A stretch of DNA of 64,000 nucleotides from an uncultured Gemmatimonadales bacterium (GTDB taxonomy: Bacteria > Gemmatimonadota > Gemmatimonadetes > Gemmatimonadales > GWC2-71-9): the NCBI GenBank assembly GCA_963821525.1, contig CAWGED010000014.1:64001-128000 (forward strand), given 5' to 3'. The notes beneath the pieces were generated by a model. The model was not told the DNA's origin, searched no databases, and saw only the letters and a list, made by a program, of their open reading frames with translations. This document shows positions 40,858 through 50,245 of the stretch, one piece after another. Numbering within the stretch: the stretch's first letter is position 1; every line of letters starts with the position of its first letter. Made by a program: the position numbers and the translations under genes.

Positions 40858-41667
40858 TCAGCGCGGCGTCCACTGCGGGTTTCCGCTCAAGAGGCCGCTT
40901 GCGACGCCCGTTTGATAGGCAACGAAGCACCCGAAGGCGAGGCTGAGCAGTCCCGAGGCGATCCGGAGACGGCCGTGGAACCGGCCGGACCGCTGCGAGG
41001 TGATGGCGAAGGGGACAGCAATCAGTTGGGTCAGAAGCATCATGCCGGCCAAAGTGCCCAATCCGAAGATCAACAGGTAGACCATCGACCATTGCGGATT
41101 CCGGATCGTGGTCAGAACCAGCAGCGCGACAGCGGCAGAGCCGGCCAGCCCGTGCACGATTCCTACGACGAGCGGACGGATGACCTGGTAAATGCCCGAA
41201 TGGCCGAGATAACCATCGAGCCACGCCACCGGGGTCCGATCGGCGCGGTGCGGATGCCGCTCCGGATCGTGGCCGTGGTGATGGCTGTGAACGTAGTCCC
41301 CGTGGCTGTGGGGATGCGAATGGGTGAAATCGGCACTCGCGTCGGACCCGGCGCGGTCGCTCATCCATTGCAGAACTCCGGTCAGATTCATGAGTCCAAG
41401 GATGATCAGCATCAAGCCGACCGAAAACTCCATGGAGAGTCCGACCCGAGGCGGAATGACCCAGCCAAACAGGATGATGCCGCCGCCCACAACGAGAATG
41501 GTGAGAGTGTGTCCCAACCCCCACACCGCGCCGATCAATGCCGCGCTCCTGGTAGAACGTTGCCGCGCAACGATCGTGGCAACCGCAATGACATGGTCGG
41601 CATCGGTGGCATGACGCATCCCCAGGAAGAACCCCAGGGCGGCGACGGCGACGAGGCCGGTATCCAT
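40858..41667 (-). CDS. high-affinity nickel/cobalt transporter (HoxN/NixA/UreH-like)
   Basis: GMRHATDADH, GLGHT, His-rich loop, HGLAGS. Confidence 0.88.
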   Translation of the reverse strand: MDTGLVAVAALGFFLGMRHATDADHVIAVATIVARQRSTRSAALIGAVWGLGHTLTILVVGGGIILFGWVIPPRVGLSMEFSVGLMLIILGLMNLTGVLQWMSDRAGSDASADFTHSHPHSHGDYVHSHHHGHDPERHPHRADRTPVAWLDGYLGHSGIYQVIRPLVVGIVHGLAGSAAVALLVLTTIRNPQWSMVYLLIFGLGTLAGMMLLTQLIAVPFAITSQRSGRFHGRLRIASGLLSLAFGCFVAYQTGVASGLLSGNPQWTPR

Positions 41668-41680
41668 CAGGCGAGAATCT

Positions 41681-42097
41681 TCACTTCTGCCGCGCCCGAC
41701 CCGTCCGCCCAGCCCGCCTTACCGGCGCTCCGTCTGCCAGCAGGGAGGCCAGACTCTTCGGCGCCACCGCCTGATAGCTCTCTTCCATCCAGGAGCAAAG
41801 AAGTGCCAGCGGAATCCGCTCCGAGCGCTGGAACCGCGCGGTAACCCAGCCGCTCTTGGCCAGGCCGTAAGCCGTGGGAGAGGCGAAAGGGAGGGTCAGC
41901 GCTACGCTGTGCGAGCTGGGGAGCTTGACCGACATGCTCAGCTCGTCTCCCTCCAGCGCGATAAAGATGAAAGCCTTTCCCTTCACCTTCAGGGCCCGGT
42001 GACCCCAGGGGAAGTCCTCGGTCGCTTCGGGGAATTTCATGCCGGCATCGCGCAGCGACTTCTCCGCCTTTGCAAGCGTGGTGGCTGACTTGGTCAT
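41681..42097 (-). CDS. MmcQ/YjbR family protein
   Basis: EDFPWG, KVKGKAF, YGLAKSGWV, ESYQAVAPK. Confidence 0.85.
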   Translation of the reverse strand: MTKSATTLAKAEKSLRDAGMKFPEATEDFPWGHRALKVKGKAFIFIALEGDELSMSVKLPSSHSVALTLPFASPTAYGLAKSGWVTARFQRSERIPLALLCSWMEESYQAVAPKSLASLLADGAPVRRAGRTGRARQK

Positions 42098-42624
42098 CCG
42101 GTGGCCTGCCGGATGCGTGCGAGCTGCCGCAAATGAACGATGTCATGCCCGGCGTAGACCCGCTGCAGGAACGCGAGACTTTCCTCCCCTCGCTCGGCAT
42201 GGACCCCCACGCGCTCCCTCTCGGTTGGGGTGCTTCGCTCAAAGAGGCGCACGTTGGTGGCGCGGATCGCGGTAAAGTCCTCCAGCGATTCGGCGGGATC
42301 GGCGAGATCGTAGTGCAACCGTTCGGCCCAGAGATCCTGATCGTAGGCCTGAATATCCGGGCGATCGTGAGCCAGGATCATGCGGAATCGGTACGCCCCC
42401 ACCAGCTCGGAGTCGGCCAGGTGCTGCAGCACGTGGGCGACCGACCACCGGTCCGGCGCCTCGCGACGATGAAGCTGGTCCTCGGAAAGGCCCTGGACCG
42501 CATCGCGCAATCGCGAAGGGGTGTGTCGAAGCACTTCGAGCGGGGCCTGGGTGCCGAGTGCCTGGAGCAGCCCCGCGATATAGGCTTGGGCGGCGGCATC
42601 GGGCTGAATGGTCGAGTTTGCCAT
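42094..42624 (-). CDS. DinB family protein
   Basis: WSVAHVLQHLADSE, YDQDLWA, GHDIVHLRQL. Confidence 0.88.
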   Translation of the reverse strand: MANSTIQPDAAAQAYIAGLLQALGTQAPLEVLRHTPSRLRDAVQGLSEDQLHRREAPDRWSVAHVLQHLADSELVGAYRFRMILAHDRPDIQAYDQDLWAERLHYDLADPAESLEDFTAIRATNVRLFERSTPTERERVGVHAERGEESLAFLQRVYAGHDIVHLRQLARIRQATG

Positions 42625-42769
42625 CGGAGAATGTCTGCGCTTCGATGTTGAAGGATTTCAATTGCGGGCGGCCCGATATGGCCGGCCGGCTCGAAAGGTA
42701 AATGAGAACGGCGGCCGGAGAAACAACAGCCCCCACGGCAATGCCGTGGGGGCGTTCAGGAGAAGGTAC

Positions 42770-43234
42770 TCAAGCCGCTGGCTTGGCGATCTTGCCCGCG
42801 ATCAATTCGGAGAGGAAACCCAGCACCGCCCCAGCGACCAGAGCAATGATCGTCTTGGTGTAGGTGCCGCTGGTACCGACCACGACGCTCACGGCCGTGG
42901 CGGCGCCGAGAAACGCGCCCGGGATGAACGAGAGGACGGCCACCTTCGACTGGAGGACCATCGCGAGAGCCACCACACCGACCAGCGCCGACAGGACCGG
43001 CAGCGTTCCGCCGAGGGTAGTGGAAAGCTTGAGTGCGACAAAGGCCCAGAACACGCCGCTCAGATTCGACGCGATGGTCTTGGTCAGGCCCGTCGTCTTC
43101 CCCCCAGCGGCGAAGAAGGTTCCCCACGCGACAATGCCCGCCCACACAGGGAGTGCGGCAGGGCCCAGCGCAACATAGGTCCAACCCGCGATCAGAACGC
43201 CAATGCTGAGAGCAAGCGCGAGGAGCATGTCCAT
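42770..43234 (-). CDS. DUF1097 family membrane protein
   Basis: WAGIVAWGTFFAAGG, IPGAFLG; upstream TTGACG-N17-TAGTGT promoter at about 43307-43335. Confidence 0.75.
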   Translation of the reverse strand: MDMLLALALSIGVLIAGWTYVALGPAALPVWAGIVAWGTFFAAGGKTTGLTKTIASNLSGVFWAFVALKLSTTLGGTLPVLSALVGVVALAMVLQSKVAVLSFIPGAFLGAATAVSVVVGTSGTYTKTIIALVAGAVLGFLSELIAGKIAKPAA

Positions 43235-43379
43235 GACGGCCTCCCAGACAGGGTCAACAACAATGGATCGGGTGGACCGCCCGGCGGGCATGGTGGGCGG
43301 CGCGATACACTACGTTGCAGGAGGAAACCCGTCAAGGGTGAAGCTGACGAGTACCCGGGGCAGGGCGGGGAAGTTGGTG

Positions 43380-43742
43380 CTACAGCGACTCGGGGGGAAT
43401 CGAGACCTGAAACGGTTCGTAGACGAACTTGAAGCTCTCGGGAGGCGTGAGCCAGGGCCGCGCGAGCAGCGCGCGAATGGCCCGACGCGCTGCCGCACGG
43501 ACCGGCGGCTCGAGAACGATCTCGCCGATCCGGCGGTCGAGTTCGGCTGCCAGCTTCAGGCGAGCCTGCCGTTCGGGCTCCGGTGCGTTACCCAGCGCCG
43601 CCTCGACATTGCTCCAGGCGCTGAGATACGGGTCCACGTCCAGCAGCGGAAGTAACACCGGGTGGCGGGACTCGTCCGGGAGGGTCGCCAGTCGCTCGAC
43701 GAACCGTCGAGCGACCGCGAGATCATCCAGAGCGGATGTCAC
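43380..43742 (-). CDS. hypothetical protein
   Basis: Intact co-oriented ORF. Confidence 0.55.
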   Translation of the reverse strand: MTSALDDLAVARRFVERLATLPDESRHPVLLPLLDVDPYLSAWSNVEAALGNAPEPERQARLKLAAELDRRIGEIVLEPPVRAAARRAIRALLARPWLTPPESFKFVYEPFQVSIPPESL

Positions 43743-43752
43743 CCCGAGCCTG

Positions 43753-44220
43753 CTACTGCGAGGCCTTCACGGGACGACCCGGCTTGTAGGCCCCGGTCGC
43801 CCTGCCGTGCAGGTATTCATACATCCCATCGAAATACTTGGGCTCGAGTCCCAGCGTCTTGACCGGCGGCATGCCCTTGTCGGGCCGGCCGGAAACCAGG
43901 AGCTGAACGAAAGCTTCCTTCGTCGGGATGCCGCCGTCGGGTTTCAGCGCGGCGAGAAGGCTGGGGCCGAAGCTCGAACCTTGGGCTTCTTCTCCGTGAC
44001 AGCGGGCGCATACCAGCTGGTACTGCTTCCATCCCTCATAGGTCTCGGGAGGGAGAGTATCGAGAGAGGTGTAGTGCGGCGCGTAGGCCACGGTTGCGAG
44101 AAAAGTTCGGGGGAGACTGCCGGTCTTCTGAGTGTCTGTCGTTCGCTCGTCGGCCACGCAGGCACTGAGCGATGCGAGCAGGCTCAGCGCGGCGCGGGAG
44201 GAAAGTGTGATGGCGGGCAT
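43753..44220 (-). CDS. cytochrome c lipoprotein
   Basis: Lipobox LSAC, CARCH heme motif, distal KGMP. Confidence 0.8.
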   Translation of the reverse strand: MPAITLSSRAALSLLASLSACVADERTTDTQKTGSLPRTFLATVAYAPHYTSLDTLPPETYEGWKQYQLVCARCHGEEAQGSSFGPSLLAALKPDGGIPTKEAFVQLLVSGRPDKGMPPVKTLGLEPKYFDGMYEYLHGRATGAYKPGRPVKASQ

Positions 44221-44274
44221 ATGAATAAGCTCATGTGAATGGGCGTGAGTTGTAGTCCGTAGTGAAATCTAACT

Positions 44275-44733
44275 TCAAGGCTCCCCACCCCGGATCGGCC
44301 GGATGATGATCGTGGACAGCATGGTTGCGACCGGCATGCGGTCCGCGCCGTCGATCGCAAACACCTCGGCAAGGCAAACGGTTAGGGTACGTCCGGGACG
44401 CAGCACCCGACCACAGGCAAGGAAGGTCGGCGCCTTCGCCGGTGCCATGAGGTTGATCTTGAACTCGACCGCGAGGACATCGGTGTCGGCGGCAGCCAGG
44501 CTGAAGGCTGCATATCCATTGGCGGAATCCGCGATACTGGCAACCACCCCGGCGTGGAGAAAACCGTTCTGCTGGGCGAACTGCGGCGAGTAGGGCAGAC
44601 TCAGGTGCACCTCGCCGGGAGCCAGATGGGCTATGCTCACGCCGAGCGTTTGCATCAGCGCCTGGCGACTGAAGCTCTCCTGCACTACCCGGACGAAGTC
44701 GGGATTGGCCGGGACAAACGGAGCGGAGCTCAT
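44275..44733 (-). CDS. PaaI family thioesterase
   Basis: QQNGFLHAG, DSANGYAA, EFKINL. Confidence 0.88.
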   Translation of the reverse strand: MSSAPFVPANPDFVRVVQESFSRQALMQTLGVSIAHLAPGEVHLSLPYSPQFAQQNGFLHAGVVASIADSANGYAAFSLAAADTDVLAVEFKINLMAPAKAPTFLACGRVLRPGRTLTVCLAEVFAIDGADRMPVATMLSTIIIRPIRGGEP

Positions 44734-44738
44734 GATGA

Positions 44739-45110
44739 TTATTGCCGTTCGTCTTCCCAATAGTTCGCGAGGTCTGCTCGGGCCGCTACTGCAAGGTCAT
44801 GGAATTCACGACCCCGCGCGGCGTCCCGCGCTGCGGCGTCATTCTCACCCTGGGCTTGCCTCAACGCGCTTCGCAAGGCCAGCAACCTGGCATAGCCCAG
44901 GATTCTTTCCGGATCATGGAGTAGCTCGCCGGCGGATCGGGCATCGAGTGTCGGAATCAACCGTGCCAGCGAGCCCAACAACGCCTCCACGGCAGAATCA
45001 ACTTCGATTTGGGCCAGTTCAAGATCGCCGGGCTTGCCGGACCCCAGCAGCCGGGCGATGACCCGGGCGGCTTGCTGGATCCAGCGGAGTACTACGTCGC
45101 GTTGAGCCAT
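44739..45110 (-). CDS. hypothetical helical protein
   Basis: MAQRDVVLRWIQQAARVIA, co-oriented ORF. Confidence 0.6.
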   Translation of the reverse strand: MAQRDVVLRWIQQAARVIARLLGSGKPGDLELAQIEVDSAVEALLGSLARLIPTLDARSAGELLHDPERILGYARLLALRSALRQAQGENDAAARDAARGREFHDLAVAARADLANYWEDERQ

Positions 45111-45133
45111 ACACCAACGGGTCTTGGTCAGAC

Positions 45134-45607
45134 TCAGGATCTGGCTGACAGGACAGCGCGTAACACTGCTTCCGCGAGAGCATGGATCCCCGGGTCCGTG
45201 CTGGCTCGCGGTCCCGCCACGTTGAGCCGGGATCCCGGAAGCGGGTCCAGCCATTCGTGAATCAGTGCAGCCGCTTCTATGGGATCGTTTTCCGTGAGGT
45301 TGACACCCAGGTGGGGCCGGCCGAGGCGAACGGCTTCCAGCTTGGTGAAGGCGGTTCCGCCCGTCAGCCGGTGGCGATACAGGATCAACGTGGCGTCGCT
45401 GTCTTCGACGTTTCGGGTGGTCCGCTCGGAATAGTCCGGCGTTTCCGTCTCCCGTAGCCCGGCATAGCGCTCGGGAATCGTGCCATCCTCCGCGATCCGG
45501 CCAAGCGGGACCCAACCGCCGGTGATGAGCCCCAGGTCGTGTGCCACGTCGAGAGCTGCGCGGTCTACCCCGGTTTGCGCGCCGGACCAGATCTCACGCA
45601 CCAGCAT
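45134..45607 (-). CDS. putative molybdenum-carrier / YpsA-like SLOG protein
   Basis: SGAQTGVDRAALD, RTTRNVEDSDATL, LNVAGPRAS. Confidence 0.85.
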   Translation of the reverse strand: MLVREIWSGAQTGVDRAALDVAHDLGLITGGWVPLGRIAEDGTIPERYAGLRETETPDYSERTTRNVEDSDATLILYRHRLTGGTAFTKLEAVRLGRPHLGVNLTENDPIEAAALIHEWLDPLPGSRLNVAGPRASTDPGIHALAEAVLRAVLSARS

Positions 45608-46148
45608 TCTCGGGATACTTCGCCGCCAGACGAGCGATGGTGTTCAGACCGCGCCACGTCGAATGGAGCTTAAGGGCCCGTTCCACCAGGCCTCCGGAAA
45701 ATCTGGATTCACTCTGCCTCTTCCGGCAAAGCCAGTACATCTCCCGCCCATTCACGTGAAAATCGTCAATCTCGGTCCTGAATCCGTGGACCACCTTGAC
45801 GCCCTCTGCTTCGAGCGTGTCGGCCAGGAATCCCACATTGAGAGCATAGGCAGCCTTCAACTGGGCCTTCGCAAATGGCTCGTAGCGGGCGATTGCGCAG
45901 ACCTCGGCGGTGGTGCGAAGGAAGGTCTTTACCTCGTATCCGAGATCGGCCTCGAGACGCCGCTCGATTTTGCGCTCCAGCGAGCTGGGGTCCCTGGCCG
46001 GCGAGCTGAAGATCACGTTGCCGCTCGCGATGAAGGTCTCAACGTCCTTGAACCCCAGCGCCTCGAACGTCCGGCGGAGCTGGTCCATGGTCACCTTGTG
46101 GTGACCGCCGACGTTGATGGCCCGCAGGAAAGCCACGTAACGGGGCAT
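45594..46148 (-). CDS. DUF1697 family protein
   Basis: YVAFLRAINVGG, TFIASGNV. Confidence 0.88.
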   Translation of the reverse strand: MPRYVAFLRAINVGGHHKVTMDQLRRTFEALGFKDVETFIASGNVIFSSPARDPSSLERKIERRLEADLGYEVKTFLRTTAEVCAIARYEPFAKAQLKAAYALNVGFLADTLEAEGVKVVHGFRTEIDDFHVNGREMYWLCRKRQSESRFSGGLVERALKLHSTWRGLNTIARLAAKYPENAGA

Positions 46149-46459
46149 CAGCCCACCTGGGTTGAAAACCACCAGGTATTGCCGCTCGGGTCCTTCACCC
46201 CTCCCCGGCGATCGGGATCGCCTGGTTTCTGCTCCGGCGCCTGAACGGCAACTCCTCCGGCCGTGAGAGCTCGGTTGTAGGTCGCATCCACGTCGGGAAC
46301 GTAGACATGAAGCCACGTGGGGAAGGGGGGCCAAGTCCCGCCACCCTCCGCGAGCATTACGACGGTATCGTCGATCCGCAGCTCGACGTGGGCGATGGTC
46401 CCATCAGGCATGTCGAATCGACGGAGCTCCTTCGCATCCAGGGTCTCTTTCAACTGCAT
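46148..46459 (-). CDS. VOC/PhnB-like protein, possibly N-terminally truncated
   Basis: HVELRIDDTVVML, YVPDVDA, GVKDPSGNTWW. Confidence 0.7.
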   Translation of the reverse strand: MQLKETLDAKELRRFDMPDGTIAHVELRIDDTVVMLAEGGGTWPPFPTWLHVYVPDVDATYNRALTAGGVAVQAPEQKPGDPDRRGGVKDPSGNTWWFSTQVG

Positions 46460-46968
46460 CCCTCGACGTACTCCACTTCGGGAAGCCTGCCCGCGCGATA
46501 CCGAGTGACCCGCTGGCTGTCGGTCTCGAAGATGACCTCGAAGCCGCTGTCCGCCTCGGTGCGAGGACCGACCGTCACATAGTGTCCCTCGGTGTACTTG
46601 TGCGGGGAGACCGTGACCCGCTCCGGATACACCTTCGCGATTTTCGCTTCGTCGTCTCCCACCGCCACCTTGTGGTTGGTCTGGATTCCCGGTCCGGTCA
46701 CATCGACTCGCGCGATCTTCCCGTCCACCACCATGAACAGCGGGCCTTTACCGCTGTCTCCAATCAGCCGGACCATGTGGCACCCGCTCTCCAAGGAGTC
46801 GGATCTCTCGAAGTCGCGTCCCCCAGCTTTCGCCGCCTCGGCGATCGTCATGCCTGACTCGATCGGACCGTAGCCCCGAATCCAGACTTCCCATGGTTCC
46901 CCGGACTGGTCCCGATGGCAGGCTGCGATGAGGAGCAGAGGGAACAGCGGGTGAATTGATCTGATCAT
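46450..46968 (-). CDS. hypothetical lipoprotein
   Basis: Lipobox IAAC, GYGPIESGMT, HKY, terminal EGCS. Confidence 0.7.
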   Translation of the reverse strand: MIRSIHPLFPLLLIAACHRDQSGEPWEVWIRGYGPIESGMTIAEAAKAGGRDFERSDSLESGCHMVRLIGDSGKGPLFMVVDGKIARVDVTGPGIQTNHKVAVGDDEAKIAKVYPERVTVSPHKYTEGHYVTVGPRTEADSGFEVIFETDSQRVTRYRAGRLPEVEYVEGCS

Positions 46969-47261
46969 TTTTCCGGTGATGGTCCTGCCCCGAGGCCAGG
47001 ACGGTCGCGAACCTGAGTCAAAACTCGCTCGGCGAAGTCGAGACGCTCCTGCACCTCCTGGAGCTGGGCGTCCTGGCTTGCCAGCGCGGCCTGCGCGTCG
47101 GTGAGGCGGTTGGCCTGATCTTCCAACTGGTGCCTGAGGTCCTCCAGGCCAGCCCGCAACTGCGTCGTCCCCGCCCGGTGCTTGACGATCTTTACCAGGG
47201 TATCGGCCAGAATGCCGGCCATGATGATGAGGAACAGGCCACCCATGAACTCCACTGCCAC
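46965..47261 (-). CDS. single-TM coiled-coil protein with ERLDFAER motif
   Basis: N-terminal TM, heptad coiled coil, GGAGG RBS. Confidence 0.65.
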   Translation of the reverse strand: MAVEFMGGLFLIIMAGILADTLVKIVKHRAGTTQLRAGLEDLRHQLEDQANRLTDAQAALASQDAQLQEVQERLDFAERVLTQVRDRPGLGAGPSPEK

Positions 47262-47335
47262 CTCCTGTCAGGCGTCCGCGAATCGGGCCGAAACCAAAGG
47301 TGCCCGGAAACCAATTCCTCGGCAATGACGGGAGA

Positions 47336-47692
47336 CTAGGCCCCCGGCCTGTCCTCGAGATCACAGTGCATAGTGTGGAGCAGACGGTGGACGACCGGTG
47401 CGAGCAACACTCCAGCGGTCACGATGAAAACCAGTCCGGAGTAGAGGGCGTAGAACCCGGCGAAGATTTCGCCGCCGGGACTGAGATCGGTCTTGATCGG
47501 CCCCATCCCACCGAGCAGCATCGCCGAGTTGAGAAAGGCTTCCCGCAGCCGCAATCTCTCGAAGTGCTCGTATCCCAAGATCCCGCCAAGCAGCGAGAGG
47601 CCGATGATAAGGGAGGCGATCAGAAGGTTCAGCAGCAGGCGGAGCGCGAAGCGATGGGCGCTCAACAGTCGATGAGTTTGGTGCTCGTACAA
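47336..47692 (-). CDS. small 2-TM protein with channel-like re-entrant segment
   Basis: AFLNSAMLLGGMGP, FAGFYALYSG. Confidence 0.65.
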   Translation of the reverse strand: MYEHQTHRLLSAHRFALRLLLNLLIASLIIGLSLLGGILGYEHFERLRLREAFLNSAMLLGGMGPIKTDLSPGGEIFAGFYALYSGLVFIVTAGVLLAPVVHRLLHTMHCDLEDRPGA

Positions 47693-47785
47693 GAGTTCCT
47701 CCTTCTCCTGCGGGTCAGGCCGGTGGACACACCAAAATGCCGGACGAGATCGTTGATCCGCCCGTCGCGGTGGAACCAGGTCGTA

Positions 47786-47935
47786 CTATTGCTTCTCGCC
47801 TTTGCTCTTGCGGCGGATGTCGGTCCGATGGGCCCGCTCGTAGGTTTGCATGTCCTTGAAGCGCCCCTTCGCGTCGCGAACGTCGTAGAGCTTCTTCGCG
47901 GACGAGGTGCGTTGTGTCGTGCGCCTGCTGGGCAT
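47786..47935 (-). CDS. 49-aa basic small protein
   Basis: AAGGAG RBS; KKLYDVRDAKGRFKDMQTYERAH. Confidence 0.65.
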   Translation of the reverse strand: MPSRRTTQRTSSAKKLYDVRDAKGRFKDMQTYERAHRTDIRRKSKGEKQ

Positions 47936-47983
47936 TGCTGTCTCCTTCCTTAAACGAACCGATGGCACAAGAGCAGTACAGCT

Positions 47984-48583
47984 TCACAATATTCTGCGTC
48001 CCTTGGCCGACTCGTCAATAAGCCTTTGGAGCCGTTTCACCCGAGTCTCCTCCTTCTTGGCGCTTACCACCCAGAAGGCCATGAGCCGCTGGTACCCGGG
48101 TGGTTGAGCCTGGAAAAAAGCCCAGGCCTTCCGGTTCCCTTCCAGCTTCTTCTGATGTTCAGGGGCGAGGCTGGCGGTATGCCGCTGCTCATAGAAATAG
48201 ATGCGGGACTTGTCGTCCGTGCGCTTGGCGAATGCGGCCAGACCTGCCTCCTGCATATGGCCCAGGCCGTCGAGTTCCCCGACCCGCTTGATATTGATGG
48301 AGCTCCAGTTACTTCCTGCCCGCCGCGGCGTGAAGCGGATGGTATAGCTCACGTCGTCAAGCCGTTTCCGGACTCCGTCGATCCATCCGAAGCAGAGCGC
48401 CTGGTCTACCGATTCGGGCCAGGTGATGCTGGGCTTCCCGGAGTCACGCTTGTAGAAACCGACCAGCAGTTCGGGGGCGGTGGCGTGATGCTTGGCGAGC
48501 CAGGCCCTGAACTGATCAGGCTCGGCGAAAAACGTGGGCTTGGCCAGTGACTTCTTCACCGGCGCCCGAGGCTTACTCGCCAC
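47984..48583 (-). CDS. YdeI/OmpD-associated family protein
   Basis: FRAWL, ALCFGWIDG, RFTPRR, SAKKEETR. Confidence 0.88.
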   Translation of the reverse strand: MASKPRAPVKKSLAKPTFFAEPDQFRAWLAKHHATAPELLVGFYKRDSGKPSITWPESVDQALCFGWIDGVRKRLDDVSYTIRFTPRRAGSNWSSINIKRVGELDGLGHMQEAGLAAFAKRTDDKSRIYFYEQRHTASLAPEHQKKLEGNRKAWAFFQAQPPGYQRLMAFWVVSAKKEETRVKRLQRLIDESAKGRRIL

Positions 48584-48830
48584 CTTGCGGGGAGCTTCCG
48601 GGATCGGCGGGCTGGTCGGGCCACTGAACCTGGAGGGCGCCGGAGGGGCAACGCGCGACCTGGTCAGCAACAACCTTGGCCGACGCGAGCTCAGGTCTCA
48701 CCCAGCGCTTGCGGCGGACATCGAACACTTCGGGCAACCCGCGAACGCAGACTCCGGAGTGGAAACAGCGATTCGGATCGAAGGTGACGGTGATTTCCGG
48801 GGTCTCGTATACCTGGAGTCGTTTTGGCAT
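48573..48830 (-). CDS. divergent 4Fe-4S protein (YjdI-like)
   Basis: CFHSGVCVRGLPEVF, CPSGAL. Confidence 0.85.
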   Translation of the reverse strand: MPKRLQVYETPEITVTFDPNRCFHSGVCVRGLPEVFDVRRKRWVRPELASAKVVADQVARCPSGALQVQWPDQPADPGSSPQGGE

Positions 48831-48850
48831 GACTGCCCTCCTCTAGTACA

Positions 48851-48929
48851 TCTCACCTTTCACTTCTTACTCAATTACTTCTTACTCCTCACTTCTTACT
48901 CCTCACTTCTTACCTCTTCCTCACTTCCC
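48851..48929. repeat. heptamer array (CACTTCT/TACTCCT)
   Basis: About 10 pyrimidine-rich units at the stop of the 48921-49265 gene. Confidence 0.8.
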
Positions 48930-49265
48930 ACCAACCGTCGGCCCAATCTGGTCCGCGATGGCGCGCGCCAGAGACTGCAGCTCAGCGTGTTCCGGATGCC
49001 GAATCTGTTTCTCCAGGCCGGCCTGGACCCCGCGAAGACTCTCGATCGCTCGCCGCAGTTTGAGCCGCTCCACCCGAAGCGGTGCGGTGGCGCCATAGCC
49101 GGCGGCGAGGACGGCCCACATGCTGGTCCGCAACGAGTCAACCGAGTTCTTCAGGTCCTCGAGGCCGGCGGGAGCGGCAGGCGCCCGCGCCAGCCGGGCT
49201 TCGACCTCGTTGAGCAGGGCGCCGAGTGCGATCAATTGCTGGGCCAGCGGTTCGTCCTGAGTCAT
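48921..49265 (-). CDS. hypothetical helical protein
   Basis: LEDLKNSVDSLRTSMWAVL. Confidence 0.6.
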   Translation of the reverse strand: MTQDEPLAQQLIALGALLNEVEARLARAPAAPAGLEDLKNSVDSLRTSMWAVLAAGYGATAPLRVERLKLRRAIESLRGVQAGLEKQIRHPEHAELQSLARAIADQIGPTVGGK

Positions 49266-49321
49266 GCGCAGCTCATCGGTGGAGATCAGGTTGACGCCAC
49301 AAGCACCGGATACCCATAGCA

Positions 49322-49498
49322 AACTACTTACCTCGGACGACGCGGGAACACGCGGATCACGCGGATTGATCTTTAGAGGCACCAGGCTCCTTCTTGATGC
49401 TCTGGCGCCTGCGAGGTTGCGCTTTCCCAGCTAACCTCCCTGAAAGACCAACATTACCACAATTTCCGCGTGCTCCGCGTCTTCCGCGGTAAGTAGTT
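49322..49498. repeat. MITE-like inverted element with 9-mer (ACGCGGA-type) subterminal repeats
   Basis: Perfect 11-bp terminal IR AACTACTTACC/GGTAAGTAGTT; CGCGG units at about 9-nt period on both arms. Confidence 0.7.
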
Positions 49499-49986
49499 AA
49501 GGGCGGTCGAGCAACGAATTCCTCGCTCCGGCGGGACTTGATGGCGCCACCGCCGGCACAATCGTGACGGATGCTCAAAAATATCCGTTTCCGGCTCAGC
49601 GCACCTCCTCTCCCCTCCGGATCCGGCCATCCCGATTGCATAGGGACCAGCGCGGTCAGCGGGAAGGGAGGTCGGGCCAACGGGCGCACCGCGAGAGCCA
49701 TCAGGGCGATGGGGTCATCGTCCCCCGCGATACGGTTGCGATTCAGCACGCCGCAGCGGCGACACTTGTGGACCAGAGTCCATTCACCGTCGGGACGGGA
49801 CGCGATCGCCAGCGGTTCCATGATCCCGCCACAGTCCGCGGACCGGTCTCCCGGTTCCAAATCGAGGTGACGACTCCAGAGACAAATAGGGCAGTGGTTT
49901 CGGTAGCGCGTACCGGGAGCGGCACGGGGAACCGAAAAGCTACAATGACCGCACGTGAAAGGGCGGTCGGGAGACTGAGACGACAT
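49357..49986 (-). CDS. RNHCP domain protein (true 3' end probably near 49600)
   Basis: FTCGHC, RNHCPICLWSRHLD, CGGIMEP, HKCRRCG, NRIAGDD. Confidence 0.85.
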   Translation of the reverse strand: MSSQSPDRPFTCGHCSFSVPRAAPGTRYRNHCPICLWSRHLDLEPGDRSADCGGIMEPLAIASRPDGEWTLVHKCRRCGVLNRNRIAGDDDPIALMALAVRPLARPPFPLTALVPMQSGWPDPEGRGGALSRKRIFLSIRHDCAGGGAIKSRRSEEFVARPPLTTYRGRRGARGNCGNVGLSGRLAGKAQPRRRQSIKKEPGASKDQSA

Positions 49987-50245
49987 GGGAAGAACCTCGC
50001 TCGACCAGGATTCGTGCGCCGGGTTAGTCGGCAGAAAACGACACGAAGCCCGCCCGGACGGGGAGCGAGAACACTCAGGCTTTCGGGGCTTTCGACCCCG
50101 GAATGGCTAGGGCTCTGCTCCGCGACGGGGCGGGAGCGAGGCAAGGCCGTGCAACGACAGAGGCACTCTCAAGCAGAAGTGGACTTCTGGGCGGGCACAA
50201 GATCGGGAGGAGGCCCGGAACCGTCAAGGTCTGAAGGGAGATCCA

